Counted from the first letter of the stretch, positions 7,627 to 17,036 are shown. The stretch: DNA of 34,695 nucleotides from a virus (IMGVR_UViG_3300025018_000345:1-34695); one strand, 5' to 3'. Program-made: numbers and translations. The notes: a model not told the origin generated them from the letters alone.

Positions 7627-9178
7627 GTTTAGTGGACTTAAAAGAAAAGTAGTGCGTGATGTCCTAGATGGTTATAACTGGCACGAGATTAGTATTAAGC
7701 ATAAGAAGAACAAAAACGTGATTTACGCAATAAAAGAAGAACTTAAAGACGACATGAGTTGGGTTTTTAATGACTCGGTTAAAAATAAGTATATCGACGA
7801 GAACAGGGGAAAACTAAACGATCTATCCAAGATACTTCAAGTACAGTCTATGGATATGAAGTTGGCCGAGTTTGCTAATATTTATATTAACGACTACAAC
7901 CCAGAAGCCAAGTTTAAGAACTGGCAAGAGATACCGCTACAAGATATTTACTTCGATATATGGGAAACCCACCCCAAGAGTTGTACTAAAGCACCTCGTG
8001 AACATTTAAAGACGACAAGCGTTTGTGAGTATCTAGTTAAAAAGATTTTTGAGCGTAAGTATCCACTGGATATAGTTTATTTGCACGGCTCTAGGGATAT
8101 TGCCATTGAGAAGTTAAGAGATATACAGGGTATGGCAGAACGCAACCCTATTTTATCGGCTGGCTTTATGATTGATAAGGCGAAGAACTGGAAAGACGGC
8201 GAAATGCGGTTGCTAGATGGTACAAGTATTTATGCTAACTCTTTTGGTACGAGTTTGGTCGGACGTCACCCACATATTATCGTCTTAGACGATATTATTG
8301 ACCAAAAGGTTATTTACTCAGATCAACTTAATCAAAAAGCTATACGTAAATTTTTCTCTGATGTTTACCCCATGATAACTGACGTTGGAGAGGATAAGAA
8401 AATTATTATTATAGGAACGGCACAGCGTGAGGACGACTTGTATCAGAGCTTACCAGAGGATTTTCACAGTGAAACATACAGAGCATTTATAGATCAAGAC
8501 GAAACCATACCACTAGAGCCAGTGTTATTTAGTGCTGAAAAATTAAACAAAGTGAAGCGAGATATTAGCGAAAAGCACGGCGAGAGTTTTTGGCTTAAAG
8601 AGTATATGAATATGCCGTTTACGGCTATGGGTGAGATCATTAAACCTGAGTGGATTAAAACCTATACAACCCTACCACCAGATTTAGATGTATTTCAGGG
8701 TTGGGATTTAGGCGTTGGTAAGGATATTAACTCTGGCGACTACACCGCAGGGGCAACAATCGGTATTCGTAAGATAGAGGACAAGTTAGAAATCTATGTT
8801 ATCGATATAGTTAAACAACGCTTGGAGTTTGGCGACCGCTTAAAAGTAATGACCGCCAATGGCAAGCGTCATAGTGCTATGGCTATTGGGGTAGAGCAAA
8901 ACGTGTTTCAGTACGATACAGTTATCACTCTAAAAAAGCAAACAAACTTACCAATTCAGGGTATTAAAACGGTTAAAAACAAGATCGAGAAGTTTCAAGT
9001 TGATCTAGCACCGCACTTCGAAAACGGAAAAGTGTTTATAAGTGCTGATATGATAGATTTAAAGAACGAGTTATTGTCTTTACCCTACGGTAAGCACGAC
9101 GACCAATGCGATGCCTTATGTTTAGCAATACTGGTTAGTAATCAATTTGTGGGCGAACCTATAATTGATTTTTTATAA
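7505..9178 (+). CDS. terL: Terminase large subunit with a ~120-aa N-terminal extension
   Basis: Walker A variant APREHLKTT, Walker B IIVLDD, motif III IGT, nuclease GWDLG and HDDQCDAL. Confidence 0.93.
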   Translation: MFMYKRIYVCSLEELQEVHEIGVDNSEQLLEKMDEQSIVDKFSGLKRKVVRDVLDGYNWHEISIKHKKNKNVIYAIKEELKDDMSWVFNDSVKNKYIDENRGKLNDLSKILQVQSMDMKLAEFANIYINDYNPEAKFKNWQEIPLQDIYFDIWETHPKSCTKAPREHLKTTSVCEYLVKKIFERKYPLDIVYLHGSRDIAIEKLRDIQGMAERNPILSAGFMIDKAKNWKDGEMRLLDGTSIYANSFGTSLVGRHPHIIVLDDIIDQKVIYSDQLNQKAIRKFFSDVYPMITDVGEDKKIIIIGTAQREDDLYQSLPEDFHSETYRAFIDQDETIPLEPVLFSAEKLNKVKRDISEKHGESFWLKEYMNMPFTAMGEIIKPEWIKTYTTLPPDLDVFQGWDLGVGKDINSGDYTAGATIGIRKIEDKLEIYVIDIVKQRLEFGDRLKVMTANGKRHSAMAIGVEQNVFQYDTVITLKKQTNLPIQGIKTVKNKIEKFQVDLAPHFENGKVFISADMIDLKNELLSLPYGKHDDQCDALCLAILVSNQFVGEPIIDFL

Positions 9179-9211
9179 AAAGTCAGACTATAAACAATAT
9201 AATAAGGTTAT

Positions 9212-11227
9212 ATGAACATCGCAGATTTTATTTCACGTTTTACAACTAAAAAAGAACTCGGTTGGCAGTCATTTTTTGGTTTAGCTGGTAACGCTAACGT
9301 CGCAAATAACAAGTCACTTTATTTTGGTACAGTATTCGCTTGTATCGACACCATCGCTAACGCAATAGCAGAGATAGATTGGGAAGTTTATAATAAGAAC
9401 GCAGACGAACCATTTAAAAACCACCCTCTTTATGACCTAATAAACCACCCTAACGACTTACAAAGTGCCACCGATTTTTTCTATTTATTATCCACCCATA
9501 TTGATACTGCTGGTCAGGCTTTTATTTATCCAGTTAGAAGCAAGTTAGGTAATAAAGTAATTGAGTTACATATCCTCAACCCAGAGAATATGACTACAAT
9601 CACCAACCAAAAATCACCAATAAACGAGGTTTTGGGATATAAATACGCCAAAAACAACCAGGTATTTCCGTTTGATAAAGACGAAATAATCAATATTATT
9701 AGACCAAACCCATACAACCAGGTTCAAGGTTTATCAACTATTGCGATGGCTAGATATGATGCCACCTCAGAATTAAACTCACTCGAGAGCAATAATTTAT
9801 TTTATGAGAACGGCACTCAGACAAGCGGTATATTAAAGACCGATCAACAACTAAACTCTGATGTGTTTAACAAGCTAAAGAGTGCTATTCGTGGCCAATA
9901 TGAGGGTAAAAAGAACCAGTTTAAAATGATGTTCTTAACTCACGGCTTAGACTACAAGCCAATCTCACCAAGTCAGAGAGATATGCAATACGTCGAGCAA
10001 CGCAAGCTTAACCGTGATCAAATCTTAACTATCTTTAAAGTACCAAAGTCTATGGTGGCAGTTTCGGACAATGTAAACAAAGCTACCGCCGAAGCCGAGA
10101 ACTTGGCTTTTGCTCGTAATGTGGTCAAACCACGCCTTGATTTAATTTTCGATAAAATCAATATGTTCTTACTTCCAGAGTTGGGTTATAGCGATCTTGA
10201 ACTGAGATACGAGAATCCTGTTAAAGACGACCAAGAGTTTGAACTCAAGGAAAAAGTCGAGAGCGTTAGGCGCTGGAAAACACCAAATGAAATCCGTGAA
10301 ATAGAGGGTTTACCACCGATCGAGGGTGGTGACGAATTGTCATCAACTCAATCTTTGTTCTATCGTGATGAACAAGGCTCACTGCCCTCAGATGGTGGTT
10401 CTAAACCAGAAGCAGACGAGGAAGAAGCCGAGTCAAAAAAAAAAGATATAACACACGTTTATAATACTAAGGAAGCTTTACCAGACCCTAAAGAAGCTAA
10501 AGGAAAGCAAAACCAAGAGTACCAACGTCGCAAAAACCGCTATATTGTTTCAAAAGAAAAAACCTATGCTCAGGCTTTAAAACAGCATTTTAACTTTTTG
10601 ATTCGTGACGTTAAAAAAGCCTATGTTAAAAAGGATATTGGCGATGATATTGATTTAACTGATGAAGCCGTTTTTGAGCAGGTAATGCCAAACAGAGAAC
10701 AACGAGATCAGTGGAAAATGTTACTTTACTTACTAATCTTGGAAAAGAATACACAAGTTTGGAAAACAGCACAAAAACAAATGGACGAGGTTTACGGTTT
10801 ACCAAGCGAATTAAACGACATTACAGCTAACTATATCTCACGACAAGCAGTTCAAACAGCTAGTGGTATCTCAGACACCACTTTCAACCGTGTACGCCAA
10901 ATAATCTCAAATGACCTAGATAGTGGCGTTCGTGACTTACGTGAGATTAAAAATAATATTTCTTATTTATTGAACGACCAAAAAGAGTGGAAAATAGACC
11001 AAATAGCACAAACAGAGATTGCTCGTGCTTATGGTGAAGCACAATACCAAACATACCGTGATAATAAGGTTGAGAAGTTAATCTGGTTAAATGGTTCAAA
11101 TCCTTGCACCATTTGCCAACAAAATGGAGATGTAATAGTTGAAACTGGTAAAACTTTCCCAAGTGGAGATATGCACGAACCAGTACACCCTAATTGTCGT
11201 TGTTCAGTTGAGGTTTATCCGTATTAA
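9212..11227 (+). CDS. HK97-family portal protein fused to a C-terminal MuF/SPP1 gp7-like head morphogenesis domain
   Basis: VFACIDTIANAIA, GLSTI, ILTIFKVP, TPNEIREIEGLPPIEGGD; then IAQTEIARA, CTIC, PVHPNCRC. Confidence 0.9.
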   Translation: MNIADFISRFTTKKELGWQSFFGLAGNANVANNKSLYFGTVFACIDTIANAIAEIDWEVYNKNADEPFKNHPLYDLINHPNDLQSATDFFYLLSTHIDTAGQAFIYPVRSKLGNKVIELHILNPENMTTITNQKSPINEVLGYKYAKNNQVFPFDKDEIINIIRPNPYNQVQGLSTIAMARYDATSELNSLESNNLFYENGTQTSGILKTDQQLNSDVFNKLKSAIRGQYEGKKNQFKMMFLTHGLDYKPISPSQRDMQYVEQRKLNRDQILTIFKVPKSMVAVSDNVNKATAEAENLAFARNVVKPRLDLIFDKINMFLLPELGYSDLELRYENPVKDDQEFELKEKVESVRRWKTPNEIREIEGLPPIEGGDELSSTQSLFYRDEQGSLPSDGGSKPEADEEEAESKKKDITHVYNTKEALPDPKEAKGKQNQEYQRRKNRYIVSKEKTYAQALKQHFNFLIRDVKKAYVKKDIGDDIDLTDEAVFEQVMPNREQRDQWKMLLYLLILEKNTQVWKTAQKQMDEVYGLPSELNDITANYISRQAVQTASGISDTTFNRVRQIISNDLDSGVRDLREIKNNISYLLNDQKEWKIDQIAQTEIARAYGEAQYQTYRDNKVEKLIWLNGSNPCTICQQNGDVIVETGKTFPSGDMHEPVHPNCRCSVEVYPY

Positions 11228-11263
11228 GAAAAGTTAATAACAAAATTAGTAGAATAGGACTAT

Positions 11264-12286
11264 ATGGCAAAAGATAATTTACAGAAACAATTTGTTAAGC
11301 TACTTTCAACCGCAAAGAGTTTTAACGACGATGAAATGTTAGTAACTGGTGTATTAGGTTCAGACGCCAGTACCGACAGACACGGTGATAGAATTAACCC
11401 AAAGGGCTGGAACTTAGAGAACTTTAAAAAGAATCCAGTCATTTTATTAAACCACGCTTATGATGCACTACCAATCGGTAAAGCCGTAAACGTTAAGCGT
11501 AAAGCCGATGGTTTAGTTTTCGATATTCAATTTAGTAAAGCCTACGACGTGGCAAAAACAGCTTATGCTCTTTTAAAAGAGGGTATCTTAAATGCTTGGT
11601 CAGTTGGTTTTATTCCGCTAGAGTTTGGTAAAAGTGGTGGTGAATATACAATCGACAAAATGGAGTTATTAGAACTTAGTTTGGTTACCGTTCCAGCCAA
11701 TCCCAACGCTTTAACCCCACGACAAATGAAAAGCTTACAAACCCTCGAAAAGGGGCTAGAACCTACTACGGAAAAAGAAGAAAAAGCCGAAAATGAGCTA
11801 GTTAGTGAGGAAGTTGTACTAGAGGAAGAAACCAAAGATACCTCGAGTGAGAGTAGGGTAGGGGAGAGTGGGGGAGAGGTAAAACCCGAAGAAAAACCCG
11901 AAGAAGTAGTAAATATAGATGAAAGCAAAAAAGATGAAGAAAAAGGAGAAGAAATTGAGTCTGTTGGTGAGATTAAACCTATGGATAGCGAAGAAGTTAT
12001 GCCAGAGCAAACCGAAGAAGCAGACGAGGAAAAAGAAGTAACAAAATTGTTACAATCAAGTAAAGTAAAAGAAATGATTGCCGAAATGGTAAAAGTCGAA
12101 GTTGCGAAAGCATTTGAAACTAAAGCCATTGAAACAACCAAATCAGTTGAAAGCGACGAAGTAGAAAGTACAGACCCAAAGACTCTATTGCTAACCGCTA
12201 TTAGCGAGCAATTAAAAGAGTCTAATGCGGAAACTGGCAAGACACTCAGAGCTTTTAATAAATTATTAAGTACCATACAACAATAA
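11264..12286 (+). CDS. HK97-family prohead protease with a long acidic C-terminal extension
   Basis: DRHGDRI, NPVILLNH, PIGK, WSVGF, LLELSLVTVPANPNA. Confidence 0.92.
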   Translation: MAKDNLQKQFVKLLSTAKSFNDDEMLVTGVLGSDASTDRHGDRINPKGWNLENFKKNPVILLNHAYDALPIGKAVNVKRKADGLVFDIQFSKAYDVAKTAYALLKEGILNAWSVGFIPLEFGKSGGEYTIDKMELLELSLVTVPANPNALTPRQMKSLQTLEKGLEPTTEKEEKAENELVSEEVVLEEETKDTSSESRVGESGGEVKPEEKPEEVVNIDESKKDEEKGEEIESVGEIKPMDSEEVMPEQTEEADEEKEVTKLLQSSKVKEMIAEMVKVEVAKAFETKAIETTKSVESDEVESTDPKTLLLTAISEQLKESNAETGKTLRAFNKLLSTIQQ

Positions 12287-12293
12287 AGGAAAT

Positions 12294-13418
12294 ATGGACG
12301 AAGCACAAAAACAGTTGCTCAACGAAGTCAAAGAGGGCGTCGTTGCAGAACTTAAAAAAGAAGTTGGCGTAGTGGTTGCCGACGAAATGATTAAATTAGA
12401 AAAATCACTCAAAGAAGTAAAGCAAGCCGACGGCGAAGAAGATCGTGCAGAAGCTTCACTTAAATACTTCCAAGCTAGATACCGCAAGGACATCTTGGGC
12501 GAAGTAACCAAAGATTTAGACACCGCCACCGCAACCGCAGGTGAGGAATTAGTGCCTGAATATTTTGGTAGTGAAGTTATCCGTATTGCTGGCAAATATG
12601 GTGTAGCTCGCCAAAATGCTAGAGTTATTACTCTACCTGGCAAGACCTACAACTTACCAACAATGGGTAGTGTCACTGCTTATCGTACCGATGAGGGTTC
12701 TGCTCACACCGCCTCTAGCCCAACCACAGGCCAATTAACTTTCACAGCCAAGAAATTGTCTGCTATGGTTATTGTCACTCGTGAATTGGTAGAGGACGCT
12801 AATATTGATGTTCTTAATTACATCGCACAATTAGCTGGTGAAGCTATTGCTCAAAAAGAGGATCAATGGGCTTTCTTAGGTTTAACCACTGGTGAGGGTA
12901 TTTTCCAAAATACTTCCGTTCAGGTTTATACCTTAGGATCTGGTGATGTTACCTACGCTTCTGTCACTTTCGATGACATTGCTTCTGCTTTGGCTTTGTT
13001 AGATGACAACGTAGTTGATAACGCCGTAGTCGCTGGTTCTTTCTCAGTTTTTAACGCTTTGAGAGTGCAAAAAGACAGCAACGGTGCTTACATTTATCAA
13101 AATCCAGGCGCAGGTATGCCAAACACTATCTGGGGACTTCCTTATGTGAAATCAACCGTTTTCCCAAAGACGACTGGTGGATCACAAGCAGACGCTCCAT
13201 TTATGGCTATCTATGACCCACGTTACCTTATGATCGGTGACCGCAAGTCTTTAAGCCTAGAGTTTAGTAAAGAAGCTACTGTTACCTCAAGTGATGGCTC
13301 AACCGCTATTAACTTGTTCGAACAGGATATGGTCGCCATTAAAGTGACCGAAAGATTAGATATTCAACTAGCAGAAGCCGACAGTGCTTTTGTGAGAATT
13401 GAAACCTCTGCTTCCTAA
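12294..13418 (+). CDS. Major capsid protein (HK97 fold)
   Basis: GEELVPE, KKLSAMVIVTRELVEDA, KDSNGAYIY, NLFEQDMVAIKVTERLD; follows the protease. Confidence 0.93.
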   Translation: MDEAQKQLLNEVKEGVVAELKKEVGVVVADEMIKLEKSLKEVKQADGEEDRAEASLKYFQARYRKDILGEVTKDLDTATATAGEELVPEYFGSEVIRIAGKYGVARQNARVITLPGKTYNLPTMGSVTAYRTDEGSAHTASSPTTGQLTFTAKKLSAMVIVTRELVEDANIDVLNYIAQLAGEAIAQKEDQWAFLGLTTGEGIFQNTSVQVYTLGSGDVTYASVTFDDIASALALLDDNVVDNAVVAGSFSVFNALRVQKDSNGAYIYQNPGAGMPNTIWGLPYVKSTVFPKTTGGSQADAPFMAIYDPRYLMIGDRKSLSLEFSKEATVTSSDGSTAINLFEQDMVAIKVTERLDIQLAEADSAFVRIETSAS

Positions 13419-13435
13419 TAAGTAGGGCTTTGATA

Positions 13436-13459
13436 CAGGGGTGGGTAACACCACCCCTG
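13436..13459 (+). other. Strong GC-rich stem-loop after the capsid gene (no U-tract; mRNA stabiliser or attenuator)
   Basis: CAGGGGTGG (13436-13444) / CCACCCCTG (13451-13459). Confidence 0.65.
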
Positions 13460-13479
13460 AAATGAAAGGCTTACAAGCT

Positions 13480-13662
13480 ATGTTAGTCAAAATACTTAGA
13501 CCATTTTATTTCAACGGCAGATATTACAGGCTTAACGAAGAAGTAGAAGCCGATTTAAGTGTTTCTCCAAAGTATTACCAGGTTATCGGTTTTCCAGAAG
13601 TAGTTACCAAACAAGTAGAGCCAACCAATAAAAGTTTAAGAAAAAGGAAAAGAAGTAAATAA
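13480..13662 (+). CDS. Small head-associated hypothetical protein (start moved from 13441)
   Basis: MLVKILRPF...; the track GTG start lies inside the hairpin; basic C-terminus. Confidence 0.65.
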   Translation: MLVKILRPFYFNGRYYRLNEEVEADLSVSPKYYQVIGFPEVVTKQVEPTNKSLRKRKRSK

Positions 13663-14261
13663 TGCCAGTTACTACATCAGACGCTAAAATCTATCAATCT
13701 GGTTTTTCTGGTTTAACCCACACTAATATAGCTAGTTTTTTAAAACGTACTCTAACCGCCAGCGAACAAACTTTAGTTACTCAACTAATTAAAGATAAAG
13801 AGATTGCTTTGTGTGTTTATACAAATCGTCAATTTGGTTATGGTAGCAACTTTGAGTATTACGAAACCATTAACGGCGGATTTACTCGTTTTGTACCTTA
13901 TGCAACTCCAGTGGCTACTCTTGAGGAAATTATCGTAGACGGCGTTGATGTTACAGCTAACTATACTGTAAACGAGGACTATTTTATTTACGATAACTCT
14001 ATTATTTTTGAAACACCTATTGTGTCGGCTAGTAACAACCGCAGGGCTGTTAAACTAACCTATACAGTACGCCAATTCTGGGCTGACGATATTAAAAACC
14101 TACTCACGAAGTGGGTTGCTTTAGAGTTTTTAAGTAGTGAGGACGGTGGCGTTAATACTAATAATGTTACATTTGGCAATCTATCTAAAGGTTTAAACTT
14201 AGATATGTTTGAAAAAGAGAAGATGAGCATTATTTATCGCTATACCGATTTTGTCGTATGA
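13662..14261 (+). CDS. Head-tail connector/adaptor (putative)
   Basis: Position after capsid; YTNRQF, VKLTYT, DIKNLL pattern. Confidence 0.7.
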   Translation: MPVTTSDAKIYQSGFSGLTHTNIASFLKRTLTASEQTLVTQLIKDKEIALCVYTNRQFGYGSNFEYYETINGGFTRFVPYATPVATLEEIIVDGVDVTANYTVNEDYFIYDNSIIFETPIVSASNNRRAVKLTYTVRQFWADDIKNLLTKWVALEFLSSEDGGVNTNNVTFGNLSKGLNLDMFEKEKMSIIYRYTDFVV

Positions 14262-14590
14262 TGGACACAATTATTGATATTTACGAGCTAGGCGGTGTAA
14301 ACACTAACAAAGCTTATACCAAGACCCAAAGCAATATTCGTGCCTGGATTGTACCAGCCAGCAATGAGTCAATCGCTCTTTACGAGGGTATGCCACAAGG
14401 CCAAGAGTTTGAGTTTAGGATTTTATCAGACGATATAACAGGAATTAAAGCACAGGGTAAATTAGTCGTAGTAAATAGCCAGGTGTCAGGCTTTAGCACA
14501 AACGATACTTTCATTACGGTAACAAACGCAAGACGAGTACATATTATGGGAAGAAACTATTTAACTGGCGTTTGCTATAAAACCGTTTAA
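14258..14590 (+). CDS. Head closure/stopper protein (putative)
   Basis: Synteny, size, beta-rich sequence. Confidence 0.6.
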   Translation: MMDTIIDIYELGGVNTNKAYTKTQSNIRAWIVPASNESIALYEGMPQGQEFEFRILSDDITGIKAQGKLVVVNSQVSGFSTNDTFITVTNARRVHIMGRNYLTGVCYKTV

Positions 14591-15054
14591 TGAATATAAC
14601 AATTACACCATCACCACAGGTCAAAGCGTTAATTGCCAAATTAGGTAGGTCTAGTGACATTGTTAAACAAGCCACTAAAGCAGGTTTGCAAAAAGGTAGC
14701 GATATTTTTATTCTTGAAAGCAAACAAAAAGCACCAGTTGATACAGGAAATTTGCGCCGTAATATTCAGTCAAAAATACAAGGTGATACCGCTATTATTT
14801 CAGTAGACCCTAAAATAAATTATGCACCATATCAAGAGTATGGAACTGGTATTTATGTTGGTCGTGGTGTGATTAGACCAAAGAGGGCAAAGGTACTTCG
14901 TTTCACTGGTAAAAAAGGCGTGGTGTTTACCAAATATGTCAGGGGTGTTAGAGGTAAGTTTTATATGAGGGCTGGTAGTAAAAAGGTGCTAGAACAAAGT
15001 CATAAAATCAACCAAACTATTTATAATGAATTATCAAAGGGTTTAAGTATATGA
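14590..15054 (+). CDS. HK97 gp10-like neck protein
   Basis: APVDTGNLRRNI, YAPYQEYGTG. Confidence 0.88.
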   Translation: MNITITPSPQVKALIAKLGRSSDIVKQATKAGLQKGSDIFILESKQKAPVDTGNLRRNIQSKIQGDTAIISVDPKINYAPYQEYGTGIYVGRGVIRPKRAKVLRFTGKKGVVFTKYVRGVRGKFYMRAGSKKVLEQSHKINQTIYNELSKGLSI

Positions 15055-15479
15055 CAGCAATGATTGACGAAACAGCAATATTAGCCAAAGTCGCAGACCT
15101 ACTAGACGGTATTACTAATGTGCAGGCGGTTTATCAGGGTACACCACCATTTAATGCTGTATATCCTTGTTTATCTGTTTTCCCTCGTAATTGGGAAGAA
15201 GAATATGCAGATCACCGAGATACTATTGAAAACGAAACTTTTATCATTAACGCCTATATCCAACTAGACACAGACCCACAAACAGCACAATCAAATCTTA
15301 GAGCTATCGTCAAATCAATACGTGAAATACTTGGTGACCAAGACAACATTACTCTTAATGGTTTAATTGACAGCTCAAGACTAATCAATGGCACTTACCA
15401 GTTTAGCGAAACTGAAAGTGCTATCTATTTTTGCCAACTTGAATACTCAGTAAGGAAAAGATACTCACGATTTAGTTAG
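15051..15479 (+). CDS. Tail terminator/completion protein (putative)
   Basis: Synteny; YPCLSV; size. Confidence 0.65.
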   Translation: MTAMIDETAILAKVADLLDGITNVQAVYQGTPPFNAVYPCLSVFPRNWEEEYADHRDTIENETFIINAYIQLDTDPQTAQSNLRAIVKSIREILGDQDNITLNGLIDSSRLINGTYQFSETESAIYFCQLEYSVRKRYSRFS

Positions 15480-15490
15480 AATATAGTTAT

Positions 15491-15652
15491 ATGTATAAAT
15501 ATGTTTATGTTGGCTCAACGCCAGTATCAATGAAAGACTTGGGAATAATTGAGCCTAATTCGGTGGTTAATTCTAAAAATAAAATTAGTCACCCAAAGTT
15601 TGAAGAAGCAAAAATAAAAGAAAAAACAACTAATAAAAAGAAAAGGAAATAA
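15491..15652 (+). CDS. 53-aa hypothetical protein (absent from the ORF track)
   Basis: MYKYVYVGSTPVSMKDLGIIEPNSVVNSKNKISHPKFEEAKIKEKTTNKKKRK*; fills the gap before the tail tube gene. Confidence 0.65.
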   Translation: MYKYVYVGSTPVSMKDLGIIEPNSVVNSKNKISHPKFEEAKIKEKTTNKKKRK

Positions 15653-15654
15653 AA

Positions 15655-16614
15655 ATGTCAGAGGGTATTTTAGATCAAATCTCAATCGGTCTTGAAAGCG
15701 TTGTTGGTACAGCAGTTATACCAACAATTTCAATCGCAGTTTTACCAAGTGACGGTGTAATGGTTGAGCAAGAGAGTGTCGGCGTTGAAGCTATCGACAC
15801 CAATCTCGGTAAGAACCGTGACTTTGTTGCTGGTATTAAAAACTATAATGGCTCATTTGAAATGAACGCCTACCCACAAGCAATCGGCTACTTTATGTCT
15901 AGTGCTTTGGGTTCTAGTGCTAGTGCTTTAGCTAGCACTGAAACAATCGTTTATACTCACACTATGACCGAGAGTGCCACCAAACCAAGTTACACACTTG
16001 AGCAAAAGATTGGTGGATTAACAGAGCGTATTGCTGGATTTACAGTGGGTGGATTCACTTTAAGTTTGAACATTGGTGAGCCAGTTAAGTTTAGCTTTAC
16101 TGGTATGGGTTTGGGTTATGATGGTGATTCAACTGCCATTACCGCTTCATACGAAACATCTAAAGTCTTTGACTGGACTGACGTTGTTTCAATTTCTTTA
16201 GGCGGTACTGACATTAAATGTGCTATTGAAAGCCTATCAGTTGAATACAGCAACGGTTTAGCTTCATTTCACGGTCTATGTGGCGACGCAGACCCATCAA
16301 GCCTATATTTAGCACCTAGTGAGGTCAAGGGAAGTATTACTGCTTACCTAGACAGCAATATGGTTGATCAAAAAGATGTTTTCTTAGCCAAGACCAATCA
16401 AGAGTTGGTTATCACCATTACTGGTGACGAAACTATCGGCAACGGAAGTAATAACAGCCTAGTTATTACCTTGCCAAGAGTAACACTTAACACTTACGCT
16501 AATGCCATCGACACTTCGTACGTTAAGGTTGAGAGTGAATATGTTGGTGCTACCAACGACGCAGGAAGTCAAATTACCGCAGTTTTAACCAACTTAGTTG
16601 CAGACTACGAATAA
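15655..16614 (+). CDS. Major tail tube protein
   Basis: IGLESVVGT, YTHTMT, PSYTLEQ, LVITLP; synteny; AAAGGA RBS. Confidence 0.82.
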   Translation: MSEGILDQISIGLESVVGTAVIPTISIAVLPSDGVMVEQESVGVEAIDTNLGKNRDFVAGIKNYNGSFEMNAYPQAIGYFMSSALGSSASALASTETIVYTHTMTESATKPSYTLEQKIGGLTERIAGFTVGGFTLSLNIGEPVKFSFTGMGLGYDGDSTAITASYETSKVFDWTDVVSISLGGTDIKCAIESLSVEYSNGLASFHGLCGDADPSSLYLAPSEVKGSITAYLDSNMVDQKDVFLAKTNQELVITITGDETIGNGSNNSLVITLPRVTLNTYANAIDTSYVKVESEYVGATNDAGSQITAVLTNLVADYE

Positions 16615-16616
16615 AC

Positions 16617-16684
16617 TTGACTAATAATTAAAAAAAGAATATAAGTAGTGTGGGTGGTCTTTTCCTCATAGTTTAGACCACCCA
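16617..16684 (+). promoter_or_regulatory. Putative promoter followed by a 10-bp hairpin with a start-codon-complementary loop
   Basis: TTGACT (16617-16622), 17 bp, TATAAG (16640-16645); stem TGGGTGGTCT (16651-16660) / AGACCACCCA (16675-16684). Confidence 0.65.
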
Positions 16685-16694
16685 TTAAAAAACT

Positions 16695-17036
16695 ATGACA
16701 ATAACCACACCATCAGGCTATAAAGTAACTTTTAAAGAAGAAAACGAACTAACGTATGGTGATCGTCGTCAAATCAAGCGTGCCGTTGTTCGTTCTGTAA
16801 CTATTACACAAAACAGCCAGTCTCCTGTATTTACTGGCGAGGTTGGCTTAGATATGGTTGATGAAACTCTAAAAGTAATGCTTAAAGAAATTATCAAGCC
16901 TGACGGCAATAAAGTTACCACTGATTTGTTTGAAGAAGTAATGAGTTGGAAAAATATCGAGGACGGTGACGCCGTGTTTGCTGTTATTGAAAGCGCCAAC
17001 AATACTCAACAAGAAGAAACCCCTAAAAAAAAATAG
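16695..17036 (+). CDS. Tail assembly chaperone (gpG-like)
   Basis: Between tube and tape measure genes; ends in CCT AAA AAA AAA TAG. Confidence 0.8.
   Translation: MTITTPSGYKVTFKEENELTYGDRRQIKRAVVRSVTITQNSQSPVFTGEVGLDMVDETLKVMLKEIIKPDGNKVTTDLFEEVMSWKNIEDGDAVFAVIESANNTQQEETPKKK

Noticed and set aside
9488-9496. One-mismatch DnaA-like boxes here and scattered TGTTGATAA copies
   Set aside because: Isolated, and common in AT-rich DNA.
11563-12306. 247-aa minus-strand ORF
   Set aside because: Ser/Phe-rich mirror of the Glu/Lys-rich protease tail; no RBS or motifs.
13441-13479. GTG start for the post-capsid ORF
   Set aside because: Lies inside a strong hairpin; ATG 13480 is more plausible.
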